The notes under the pieces: generated by a model
What the model was told of the DNA's origin: nothing
Databases searched by the model: none
The model's input: the letters and a program-made list of their open reading frames with translations, nothing else
Source: Piromyces finnis finn
Taxonomy: Eukaryota > Fungi > Neocallimastigomycota
Reading direction: 5' to 3'
NCBI GenBank assembly: GCA_002104945.1
Contig: MCFH01000048.1
Coordinates: forward strand, 383,868 to 447,867
DNA length: 64,000 nucleotides
Shown here: positions 24,180 through 37,036 of the stretch, piece after piece
Position numbering within the stretch: position 1 is the first letter of the stretch
Layout of the letters: every line of letters begins with the position of its first letter
Position numbers and translations under genes: made by a program

Positions 24180-24961
24180 TGTAAAATATTGTATTAATAG
24201 AATAATGTATTTAATACGTATTTAAAAACAATGTATAATGTATTGGATTAATATACCATAAAATTTTATAAAATTTATATCGCAATACATTAACATAAAT
24301 CTATGTGAAATTTTAATTTATGATAAGATAAAGTTTTTGATGATAAAATAAAATTTTAAATTAAATAATTTTTAACCAATAAATATTTTAGATAATAAAA
24401 AATTTTTTCATAAACTAAGCCTCAAAATTAGAAATAAATAAATTAAATATATGTTTGAAATATAATCAACCATATAGTAAATAAATCAAAACTTTATTTT
24501 TAAGTTTAGAAAATTCGTTAGTAAATAAAGTAAATTTAAATAGTTTAATATAAATAATTTCTTTTAATAAATGTATAAATGTAAACAATGTAAAATTATA
24601 ATATTAAAACATGTATATTAGAATTTATTCAATTTATTTAAAAAGTATAAATAAAGAAAATTTTCCAACTATTGAAACGATAGTTGGAAAATCGTATAGG
24701 TTAATTTTGTTTAGATAAATTAACATTAGTTTATAGTTAGTTTAGTTTTTTTTTAAATAATAAAAATTATTTATTGATTACCTAGTGAGAACTCTGGTAA
24801 AATAATCTTCACGTTAAAGTAGTCAACGATTGTTATAGTTTAGTTTAGTTTAAATAATTTAATAAAGAAATAAAGTGTAATAATTAAAAATAGTTTATAG
24901 TTTAATTGAGTTTAGTTAATAAAGTGTATACAAATCTGAACTTAGTTTAGCTTATTTTACA
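24180..24961. mobile_element. Solo LTR (family B), inverted relative to 5362-6141
   Basis: TGTAAAATATT...TATTTTACA termini and TSD CATTT (24175-24179, 24962-24966). Confidence 0.88.
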
Positions 24962-27900
24962 CATTTACAATATTGTTGATTATGAAATGGTAATGTAAGT
25001 TTGTCACGAATACTAGTGAAATTTGCAATTTCAAGATCACTTGAAATTGTGAAATTTCTTATAAAATTTCAAAATCAATAATATTTTATTTTCAAATAAA
25101 TTATAAAATTATATTAAGAAATATTTAAAAAATTTAGAAAAGGTTAAGATATGACCTTAACCCTTAATATTTTTTATAATAAATAACTTTAACCCTTATT
25201 GTCATAACTTAATAACGAAAAAACAATCGTAACTTGACAACGAATGGCAATTTTGGATAATTGTGTTTTGGGAAATTGTGGGTTCTTAGAAAGCCACGCT
25301 CGAAATAAACAACATATCTTAAAATCAGGTCAATATCTCTGCTGGTTCACGAGATATTCCAATTTAAAGATATTTTGTTAGTAATGATTAAAGTAATGAT
25401 TAATTGTTTATTCAGAGAATGATCACCCCTGATGTATCAAACATAAATCATTCACTCAAAGGATGAAAATTATTGCTTTAATTAAATTAAAATTATTTTC
25501 CGGAACTAATTAACTTTATTTTATAATAATTATTTCAATAACATAACTTATAATCTTTGAATTAGAAGATTATAATTATTAATATTATAATACAATGAAT
25601 TATATTATAATTAAGAAATAATTAATATTATAAGTATTATAAACAATAGTTATTTTTAATAATTAGCAATAAGTCTTAAGTTTAGTTGTAGTATTATTAT
25701 AAAATATATTATGAATATAATCATGTATTGAAAAGTTAATTTATTATTAAATATAAAGTTACAGATAGTATAAATAGTTTAGAATATTTTATAAATTTAA
25801 TTCTTCGTAAAGACTATTACTTATTACATTAATACTTTACTATTAAATAATCTTATTATTATATTTTATTAATATATTTGTAAAAGTATAAAATTTAAAA
25901 CAGATTTCATACTTAAAACAAAACAATTTTTATTAACACAAAAATAAAAAAATAAAACATTAAATTTTTATTTTAAGAAAACATTTTATTTAAACTCTTA
26001 AAAATATTATTAGCTATATAATAGTTAATAATTAAAAAATTGAAAATAACAATTACATCGATTTAACAAATAAAAATTACATGTATTTATATTTTTTCAT
26101 AATTATATTCTAATATATTATTCTATTTAAATAAACATATATTTAATATAAAATAAACAAAACTAATTTAATTAAATAATAAAATAACAGAACTAAACTA
26201 AACTAATTCATTATACTTTTAATTCAATTTGAGTAAACTCAAAATTGAATAAAGCCCATGTATTTTCTATAAATTAATTTAATATTATCAATACTATTCT
26301 TAATATATTTCCTATTGAAATATAAATAAATCTATTTTTAAAACTAAGTTAAAATTATTAAACTATTCTAAATTTAAATAAAAAAGTATAATCTATTCTA
26401 AAATTAAATAAAAAGTATTTGAAAAATATTTTAATTATTTAAAATATTTGAAATATTTAAATTTAATTAAAATTCTTTTATTCCTTAAACTTAAATATTT
26501 ATCTTAATTTAAATTTAACGGAATTATTATAAAATAATTTATTATTAAATTATTCCATAAAATTTACTCAAAAATTTTATAATCAGTTTTACTAAATATT
26601 AATTTATTATTTAATAATTAATAATTAATTATTAAATAATCTAAAGATATATATTATATCTTTACAATCTCGCCCTTTAAGTCGAGCTCCTGCGAGATTA
26701 TTTTCTTGAAGAAATTTAAATAACAAATGGTTACTACTTTTTCTAAATCATAACATTGTTAAAAAATATATAAGTATTTAATTTATTTATACTCTTATTA
26801 TCATTCTTGTTACTTATACATAATTCTAATAATTTATCTAAAACTTAATCATCAAGAATCCATTTGTTTTTATATTCAGATTATGGTTATTTATAAATTG
26901 TTTTCTATTAACATTTTTATTTAAGTATTCAAAACAAAACATTTACTTAAGTTTCAAATTTTTATTTATTCAATTCTTCTTGATCATCATGACTTTTATA
27001 ATCTTCTTATGCATGATTAAAATTCTATTTTACAATTTTAATACTTTTTATTAATACTTATAATAATCTGTTCAACTTTCTTTGATTTATTAGCTGAAGA
27101 AATTTCAATATTAAATTTTAAATTAAATCCATAGTTTGTATAAAATTGAAATTGATTGATTGATTACAATAAAATATTATAAGTAGATTCCAATATAACA
27201 ATCAATTCGATTTTATTAACCAACGGAGATATTGGAACAATATCTCGTTCACCCTCTCATTTAAATGAAAAGTCTGTGATAAAATTTATATTAAATATAT
27301 CAAACAGACAATTCTAAAATTATAAAGAAAATAGCATTAAAAGAGTATTAAATGTTTTTTATTATTGTACAAGCTTTAAACCAAGTGGAACTTATTTTTT
27401 TTAAAGGTTATTATTAAGCAAATAAATATAACAAAATTCTTAGTAATAAAATATTTGTAAAAAAATTAACATTCATTAATAATAATGGAAAAACATCATT
27501 CAATAATTATATTAACTATACCACTATTTTTTTTTAATCTTATTATTAAATAAACAAAAGTGGTATCAAGTCATCAAGTAAATACTATAATTTAATTAAC
27601 AAATTTATCATTTTTAGACGTTTTTAAAATACTTTTAGCATATTTATAATTCTCTTTTATTTTATAATTTATCAATATATGGTATTATAAAATTATTTCT
27701 TTTTTAAAAATTTAACAATGAATTCATAAATTTAAATATCATCAATAAAACATCACAGAATTGATATAAACATATACATAATGTTGTACTAAATATTATT
27801 AATTATAAAGTAATTAAAATACTTCATCAAAAGCATCACTTAAAATATTAAAATAGAGCTGATACATTTTTGAATAAAAGGTATGATAATAAATTAAAAA

Positions 27901-29344
27901 TGCCATATAAAGATTAAAGCAATTTTAAATTCATCACTTTATTTAATTCTTACTAAGCTATTGATATATTTAAATTTAGTTTAAAAACATATTTTACTCC
28001 ATTTATCTTATTTATTGATTAAAGGAATATATGAATTTCAATAATTATATCATTTAATTTCCTACAATCAATATATAGTAATTATAGTTATCAATCTCAT
28101 TATACTTCCATTAAAAAGAATTGTATAAAGATTAAAATCTTTTTTTTTCCTTTATAAAGTTCGTTTTATTAAGTACATAAAAACTATTCATTTATTAAAA
28201 ACTCTTATAATTATTATACATATTACATTAATTTATATTTGTTTTATTCATTATATTTATTACATTTATCATATTTATTAACTTATTATATTTATTAATT
28301 TATTCTATTTATTACATTTATCATATTTATTAACTTATTCTATTTATTACTTTATTCTATTTATTACATTTTATTATATTTTTTTTTCATTTGTTGTATT
28401 TATTAATTCTATTTTTTTTTAATTATTATTAATACTAACTATTATACTATCAAGTTGTTACTATTACTAAAACTATTCCTCATTAATTTCTATTATAGCT
28501 ATTTCTAATTCTACAATACTAATACATTACAATCATATTTATTTTTTAAATTACATTTACTATAATTAAAATTATTTAGATAACATTATTTTCCATAGGA
28601 CGAATGTACTTAACATTTTGTTATAATCCTCCACAATTCAGTAATTCATTAAGTTTCTTTTTAAAACATTGGAATTTTCAAATTTATTATTTCATTACTG
28701 AATTGTTCTTCTTTCTTGTTTCTTTTTATTTTCATTTTATTCTTTATAAAATCCAGATAAATGAAATTAAGAACAGATCCAGAATAGATTAATTTTCTAG
28801 CTCTGATTTCACTACCATCATATTATTAAGAATAAAAAATATTACACTCATTTCTTATTATATATTTATTTAACTTAATAATTATTCAATCAAAACTACT
28901 ATATTAATTTATTCAAGTTATTTGAATCTTTTAAATATAAAACTTACTTCTTAATAAAAATATAAACTTATTAACTAGATATACAATAACTTCTTTATAA
29001 AAAATTCTTTATTTAATTAATTTATTTTAATTTATTAAATATAAAAAACATAATTTATTTAACAACTAAATTTGTAAAGCCTCCTCATATTGAATTCAAA
29101 TTATTTTAATTATTTATTCTTAATCATTTGTTTAATAAATTATTTAATAAACTATTACAATCAAATTATCTTAATTTACTAAATATAAAAATAATTTTTT
29201 TTTTTAATAAATGTATAACTTTTTAAATAACTAAATTTGTATTGACTTTTGTTGATAAATTCAAATCAAATTAAAAATGCTTTAAATTTATATTCTAATT
29301 ATTAAGAATTTTCTATTTAGTCAAATATTCAGTTATATAAAATA

Positions 29345-30880
29345 CACCTTTATATAAAAGAAGTCGACCTGACTCCATCATATCAACTGGTGTTAGCGAA
29401 TTCTTTATAAAGTATAAAGTAAGTTATTACAATGAAATTAAATTTTTAAGTTCGTTTTCGTATTACTTCAAAATATTTTAATATATTATATAATATATTT
29501 CTTAATTGTATTTATCTAATTTAATTAATAATATATTATCCTTGAATATATTATATTTATTTAGTTAGTTAATCGAATTTATATTGTATCTTCATATTAA
29601 AGAAGTCGACCTGACTCTATCCTTTAAAGAAAAGGTGTCATCGAATTATTTATTTAGTATAAAATTAAATTATTTTAAAAGTAATTTTAAATATCAAATC
29701 ATTTTCTAACTTCATTAAATTAAATTATATATTTCAAATTTTCAAGTTAAATTAATTTATAGTATTTTCAATTTAATTTATTATATACTATTTCCCAAAA
29801 AGATGTCGATCTGACTCTGTCCTCTAAAAAGGTGTCATCGAAATCTTATTATAATAAAGAATAATTTATTTATTTAACTAACTTTACACATTTATTACTT
29901 TTACTTTTATTGTAAAATTTTAATTCATTTCTTAATTTTAATTTATTATATACTATATCTAAAAGATGTCGCTCAGACTCTATCCTATCAAAAGGTGTCG
30001 AGCGAGGTCTTTTATGTATATAATAAATTCATTTCAAATTTACTTATTATATAATCAAATTTTAATTTGTTTTAATTATATATTCAATTTAATTTATTAT
30101 ATACAATATCTAAAGATGTCGCTCAGACTCTATCCTATCAAAAGGTGTCGAGCGAGGTCTTTTATAGTATATAATAAATTTATTTCAATAAGATAACTTA
30201 TTCCTCAACTACTTTTAATTAATAAATATCAAAATTTTAATTTTCATATTTCTCAATGTATTTTAAATAAATCTAAAATTATTATATACTACGTCTAAAA
30301 GATGTCGCTCAGACTCTATCCTATCAAAAGGTGTCGAGCGAGGTCTTTTATAATATATAATAAATATATTTCAATAAAATAACTTTTTCCAATAAGTGAT
30401 ATTTACATTTTAATTCACTTATTTCTCAATTTCATTTTAATTAATAAATATCAAAATTTTAATTTTCATATTTCTCAATATATTTTAAATAATTCTATAA
30501 TTATTATATACCATGTTTAAAAGATGTCGCTCAGACTCTATCCTATCAAACGGTGTCGAGCGAGGTCTTTTAAGTATATAATAAGTTCATTTCAAAATAA
30601 CAATTAATAATTCATTCAAATAAGTGAAATCAACATACTAATTCACTTATTTCTCAATATATTTAAATAATTTTAAAATTTTATTAACTTTTTCTTAATT
30701 TTCTTTCTTTTTAAATAAGTTTTAATTTTCTTACTTTGCAATTAATTTTTTGATTTAATTTACTCTTTTAATTGTATATATCCAATTTAATTTATAATAT
30801 ACTATGTATAAAAGATGTCGCTCAGACTCTATCCTATCAAACGGTGTCGAGCGAGTTCTTTTTATAGTATATTATAATTA
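29345..30880. repeat. Array of 8 conserved hairpins (~52-nt core, ~90 nt with outer stem) separated by AT-rich spacers
   Basis: Cores start at about 29357, 29599, 29798, 29961, 30112, 30297, 30519 and 30810. Consensus AAAGATGTCGCTCAGACTCTATCCTATCAAAAGGTGTCGAGCGAGGTCTTTT. Confidence 0.93.
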
Positions 30881-30979
30881 AATTTAATTTTAAAAGAGTT
30901 TCATCAATTTAAAAACAAGAGTATTTCATAAATATATTTCTATTAGTATTACAGATAAATTTTATATATAAAGATTTCA

Positions 30980-31330
30980 TTGTTCCATACAGTAGAGTTA
31001 CACTTATTCCAATTCCAATATAAAAAGGAAAGTTTCACAGAGTAGAAGTTCCACAAGCAAAGTTCCACGAGATTCGTTCAAAAGAATTCCACGAAGGAAG
31101 GATTTCACAAGGTAGTGTTCCACAAGTAGGTAAAAATTCCACAATTATAGTTCCACAAAGTAGTGTTTCACAAAATTTATTTAGAATTTCACAAAGTAGG
31201 GTAACACAAAATTAATGTTACACTGACAGAAGTTACACCATAAATAGTTCCACAAGGTAGGCTTCTCAAGTAGACAAAAAAAAATTTCCGAAGAGAAAAA
31301 ATTTCCGAAAAGTTCCAAATTTTCTACGGT
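30980..31330. repeat. Degenerate short-motif array, about 15 copies of (G/A)TT(C/T/A)CAC
   Basis: GTTCCACAA and variants recur every ~14-25 bp, often preceded by AGTAG. Confidence 0.85.
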
Positions 31331-31410
31331 AGCAATTCCCAATGTTGTAACTTCAGAAAATAAAAATTGTTTTATTATTAAATATAAAACGTGTTTTTTA
31401 ATAAGAAAAG

Positions 31411-31421
31411 GTAATTGTTAT
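31411..31421 (-). promoter_or_regulatory. Self-priming PBS of the non-autonomous element
   Basis: Minus-strand ATAACAATTAC directly follows the 5' LTR and is complementary to GTAATTGTTAT inside that LTR (31599-31589). Confidence 0.8.
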
Positions 31422-32590
31422 TGTAAAAGTATAAAATTTAAAACAGATTTCATACTTAAAACAAAACAATTTTTATTAACACAAAAATAAAAAAATAAAA
31501 CATTAAATTTTTATTTTAAGAAAACATTTTATTTAAACTCTTAAAAATATTATTAGCTATATAATAGTTAATAATTAAAAAATTGAAAATAACAATTACA
31601 TCGATTTAACAAATAAAAATTACATGTATTTATATTTTTTCATAATTATATTCTAATATATTATTCTATTTAAATAAACATATATTTAATATAAAATAAA
31701 CAAAACTAATTTAATTAAATAATAAAATAACAGAACTAAACTAAACTAATTCATTATACTTTTAATTCAATTTGAGTAAACTCAAAATTGAATAAAGCCC
31801 ATGTATTTTCTATAAATTAATTTAATATTATCAATACTATTCTTAATATATTTCCTATTGAAATATAAATAAATCTATTTTTAAAACTAAGTTAAAATTA
31901 TTAAACTATTCTAAATTTAAATAAAAAAGTATAATCTATTCTAAAATTAAATAAAAAGTATTTGAAAAATATTTTAATTATTTAAAATATTTGAAATATT
32001 TAAATTTAATTAAAATTCTTTTATTCCTTAAACTTAAATATTTATCTTAATTTAAATTTAACGGAATTATTATAAAATAATTTATTATTAAATTATTCCA
32101 TAAAATTTACTCAAAAATTTTATAATCAGTTTTACTAAATATTAATTTATTATTTAATAATTAATAATTAATTATTAAATAATCTAAAGATATATATTAT
32201 ATCTTTACATATATTATTTAAATAAAATAAAGAAATTATTTTAATCACAATATATAATTTAAATATTCATTTATAAAACAATTAAGATTATTTTAATAAA
32301 ACATTTTTTCTAACCTAGTTATCTTTTAATTTTTTATTTAATTTAATATTTTAATATTAAACTATAAGTTTAGTAAAGCTTTTATAACGTTGATATGTTT
32401 TAACTTCGTATTTATTTCAGCGCTTTCTATTATCTTTTTGCTTGCCTTGTTGTCGGTGAGCAAAGTTATATTTTCATTATAATTAAAAATTTCATCTATC
32501 ATATTTTTAATCCATAAAATTTTCTTTGTGTTCATTGAAGTACTTGTAAAGTTTTGTAAAACACTAGATTAAGCAAAACTGCTATAACAC

Positions 32591-32722
32591 TTATTTTCTA
32601 AAATACACTATTATAAATTTTTATTATATTTATTTATTTTCTAAAATACACTATTATAAATTTTTATTATATTTATTTATTTTCTAAAATACACTATTAT
32701 AAATTTTTATTATATTTATTTA
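32591..32722. repeat. Tandem repeat, 3 x 43 bp
   Basis: TTATTTTCTAAAATACACTATTATAAATTTTTATTATATTTAT with period 43. Confidence 0.9.
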
Positions 32723-32879
32723 TTTATTAATGGGTTTTTTATTAGAATGTTATTAACTCTGATCTTTTCCCATGTTCCAAGTTGGATATTATTTCTATTC
32801 ACATCAAATATATCATTGATCTGGTTAATAATATCCTTGCAATCGGTGAGATCCTTGGCTTTTAAAGAATATACAAGAG

Positions 32880-35800
32880 ACAAAGCCTGACTTTAGCAAA
32901 GGGTCTAAAAGTGAACAATACTATCACTATAAGACTCATCCAAGAATATACGACTCAAGAACCAATCCCATCGTGCCCTTTCGCCCAGTGGAATTTCAAG
33001 ATTTACCCCTTGAGATTCAGCAGAGTATATCAGGGTTCAGGTCTCTATTTAAGGTGCCAGCGCCAAGGTACAAAGACAAACATAACGGTTATGAATACCT
33101 ATCTAGTCTCAAAGCATATTTACAGGCCTACTGCCCCAGGGTAAACGAAATTCAAATCCGGGACGCTATTATTGCTAGGGGAGGCAAGGAGGTCAAACAA
33201 TGGTTTGAAAACGTATATAAGAATAAATTGGATAATAAAGAACTAGAATGGAATGAATCCACCACCTGGCAAAAGCTTAATAATTTTATTTATCAATTCG
33301 AAAAAGAATTCTGTGAACTCTCCCTTGAGGAACAAGAAAATAAATGGAAAACATTGAAAATCCATAACCTTAACATGGAAAGTTTAGAACAACTCATTGA
33401 AAATATTGAAAAATTTGGGAATAATATTAATAAATCTTACTTCAGTAGATTCATTAAACTCTCAAAAGCCCTACCTACTAATTTCGCCGAAGAATGCTTA
33501 GAAAAACTACCAAAATTACCCATTAAGGACCCAAGAGAAGATTTTCAGGAACAGAATGAAGACAATAAAATCATATATAAAAACTTTATCGAAATCATAT
33601 ACAAAACAATTGCAGAAATTGAAGGTAGTAAAAGCATGAAGGAAGATTTAAAATCGTTTGTCCATCAAAGAGAAACAACAAATAAGGTAAGAAAAGAACA
33701 AAACACTAAATACGCCCATACGTATAAAAGTAAACCGGAAACCAGAATCAAATACCATAAAACGGCAAGCGAAAAGGGGAGGCAAAACCCTAAACAAATC
33801 ACGAGAAAGAATATTTTAGATGATAACATTAAGGATAAACAAAAGAGTAAACTAACCCAGGAATTTATCCATAACACTATCGAATCGATTAAGAATTCAA
33901 AATATCTCAACAATCCAAAATTCGGAGGAAGAATGCATTACAATAAGGCAGTAATCATCGACAATAAATATACGGCAAAGTATGCAATAGTCCTTTTAGA
34001 TTCCCGGATCCGCAGGAAATTGCATCGGTGAAAATATTGTTAAAAACCTAAATGTTAAAATATTCACTAACAATTCTACCCACACAGTACAATCTGGCGA
34101 AACAATCATCGAAATAAAAGAATATTGTTATTTAACAGTCGGAATTGAAATTAAACTTGGATTATATTACTTTACTAACATAAAATTCAATATTATGCCT
34201 ATAAGCGGACCCTTCCATCATCAACAGAAAAATTTCTATTTTGACAAAATTATTCTAAATGATGATTTATTATTCCAAATGAAGAAACGTCACCTCGAAG
34301 CTAGATACTTCCCATACTTCCTAAACCATGAAGAAAATAGAAAAGAAGAATTTAAGGAAATTATTCAAAGGAGAAAATTCGTAATTGACAAAACATGGGA
34401 TAAAGAATACCTTGACGATAAAGGAAGAATTATTAAGAATAAACAAAAAACGAACACTTATAATAATCATATCCACAATACAGAAACGATTACTCTTACT
34501 CCCGAAGAAAAACTCAAGATAGAAGAAAAATTGCTACAACAAAAACAAACCAACCAGAAATTTATCATATCTACTGATCATAAGAAAGGGTTAGAAGAAT
34601 ATATTATTAACGAAATCGAAAATCTACCGAAAGAATTACAGGGCTACAAACAAGTATTCGAAACCCCTCCAAAAGGTAAAATATTCGATAGGAAATCACA
34701 AAAACTTAATGCTTATTTACCTTATGACAAAGAAAAGGTAAAGAGGCTTCCGATGATGCCTCACATAAATCTGGACCAAGGACAGGAAAACGCTTTGGAA
34801 GAGGAATTCAAGGAACTTGAGGAAAGTGGGAAAATCGAAAAAACAAGGGCAAGCTCGGCATGCAATGTCTTCAATGTCCCTAAGAAGGATGGAACCTTCC
34901 GAACCGTATTTAATTATGTAATGGTCAACAATTGTCTTCATCACAATAACTACCCGATACCCAAAATAATCGAACTAGTGCATAGAGCGGCACAATATAA
35001 GTACCACATCTTGCTAGATTTAAGAAATGCATATAATCAAATCTTCTTAGAGCCCAAATATCGATTCTTGACAAGTTTTCGTTTTAAAAATCAAACCTAC
35101 CAATGGAAAGTCCTTCCGTTCGGGCTATCCACTGCACCATCTATATTTCAATCCATTTTGAATTTATTACTTAAAGAACACCTTAATAAGGGAATTGATA
35201 TTTACTTAGACGATTTTCACATCTATGCACAAAGTAAAGAAGAATGTCTAAATCTATGCGCCTACACGCTTGGTAAATTCAAGGAAAATAACTTTTACTG
35301 TAAGTTAGAAAAATGCCTATTTTTTCCCGATTCTTTCGAATATCTAGGTTACAAGATAAGTTATGAGAAGATACGCCCAATATCTAATAAAACATTAGAT
35401 ATCAAGAAATGCAATACACAAAAGGAATATCAAAAACTTTATGGTTTTCTTAACTACTTTAAGGATTATGTTAATAATTTCACTGAAAAAACAAAGAATA
35501 TTTCTCTAGGATTATCTAATAAAACCACCACGTGGACTAATGAAATGGATAAAGAACTTATTTATTTTAAAAACTTAATCCCTAACCTTCCAGACTTAGC
35601 CCCATTCAAACCTAACCATGACATTTTTATCCTAACCGACGCATCGGATATCGGAATCGGAGCCGCCATTTTTCAAGTGAGGGACCAACATGTACATGTT
35701 CGAAACTACGTTTCAAATAACGTATACAAAACTAATATTAATCGTGAAACAATCGAGAATTTATTTGGTCATAAGAAATGGACGTATTCCGGACATTATG

Positions 35801-36480
35801 GACGTGAAAAGAACCATCCCGATAAAGCTAAAAATCGTGAAGATATTAATCCACCAACCAAATTAAACGAAATTATGAATACCCTAGAAATTAAAAAGAA
35901 CAAATTAGAAGAACTAAAAAAGTATTTAAAGCCCATTGGATTTTATTCAAGAAAACTCAACGCAACAGAAAGAAAATATTCAACCTTTGATAGAGAATTA
36001 CTGGCACTTTCTGAAACCTTACTTCATTATAAACTCCTACTACGACAAGGACAGAAGATATACTGCGCAACAGACCACAAAAACCTTGTAATTTATATAA
36101 ACTCGGGCTCAAAAGTCGAAACGAATAGAAAGTTAAGACTCTTTGAAAATATATGCAATTTTAGTATAACACTCTGCTACATTGAAGGCAAAGACAATAA
36201 GATAGCAGATTTACTTTCCAGATTCATTAGTATGGAAAATAATAACCATAGCAATGATAACGTGGATAATACTCAAGAAATTCACAATACAGAAGAATTC
36301 CATACATTAGATTTTAACCTTAACCCCATAGATTTAGAGTCGAACAAAGAAGAAAACGAAGTGAATAAAGAAAAGGAAATGGAACCCAATAAAGACGTAG
36401 ATTTTAAGATATTCATGGCTACAGTAGATTCTTTATTACAAACAAACAAATCAAAAAAAACTCAAGGATTACTTATATAA
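32880..36480 (+). CDS. pol: gag-PR-RT-RNaseH polyprotein of the integrase-less retroelement (5'-truncated; one extra C in the protease codons near 33995)
   Basis: gag ORF 32973-34031 runs to LLDS. Removing one C gives LLDSGSAGNCIG in frame with 34195-36480. RT has LDLRNAYNQI, WKVLPFGLSTAPSIFQ, YLDD. RNase H has TDAS, ELLAL, TDHKNL, ADLLSR. No HHCC/DDE before the stop. Confidence 0.9.
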
Positions 36481-37036
36481 ATGGTACGAAAATCAACAAT
36501 TATTGTTCAACAGTCTCAAGGAACAGTTAGTCAACCTACTAAAAGAAAACACCCAATTGGAAAATAAATATCAGCAACAACTAAACCTAAGATGTTTGGA
36601 CTTAAAAGAAGTTCTTAGTAGAAAGGAACAATTCAACCAAGAACTAACAAAGGTAAAAAAGGAAATCCAACTTATTCAGGAAGGGACAAATAATATTGAA
36701 AATAAAAAGAAACTCGACCGGTTAAATTAAAAAATAAATGATGTTCGATATGACTTGAATCCTAAAGCCGAAAGGATAGAACTTACGAGAAAAGTGAACA
36801 AATCAGAAAAAGAATTAGAAAATTTGCAGAAACTCATAGAACAAATTGGAAATAAAATCGAAGGAATAAATAAAAGAATAGATACATTAGTAATTGAAAA
36901 TGAATTAAAGGAAATATTTCCCGCCGCAGAAATCTTAATTAGTAATAACATTAAGAAAAGAAAATTATCGAATTTTGAGATTGAAATTGATTTGACCAAA
37001 GAACAAGGCAGAATGTCACAAGGACAAATTAAATAA
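36481..37036 (+). pseudogene. ORF D, coiled-coil protein immediately after pol
   Basis: ORFs 36503-36730 and 36755-37036 are in one frame with one TAA between them; heptad-rich. An ATG at 36481 directly follows the pol stop but is in another frame. Confidence 0.6.

Larger units (their letters stand above)
25879..32209 (-). mobile_element. Non-autonomous (LARD-like) LTR element, 6.3 kb, with two 788-bp family-A LTRs and no gag/pol
   Basis: LTRs 25879-26666 and 31422-32209 are identical by eye. Flanking duplication TATATT. PPT AAAGGGCGAGAT on - next to 26666. 11-nt self-priming PBS at 31411-31421. Confidence 0.87.

Noticed and set aside
25000-25330. piggyBac-like TTAACCCTT ends (also near 61435-61480)
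   Set aside because: Short motifs are common in AT-rich DNA; I could not pair termini or find a transposase.
27000-28830. Captured gene within the non-autonomous element
   Set aside because: Coding-like patches exist but are full of stops, and I recognise no domain. It needs tBLASTx.
29345-30880. CRISPR array interpretation of the repeat-spacer pattern
   Set aside because: Eukaryotic context with no cas genes. Spacers are 100-240 bp, unequal, almost pure A/T and partly homologous to one another.
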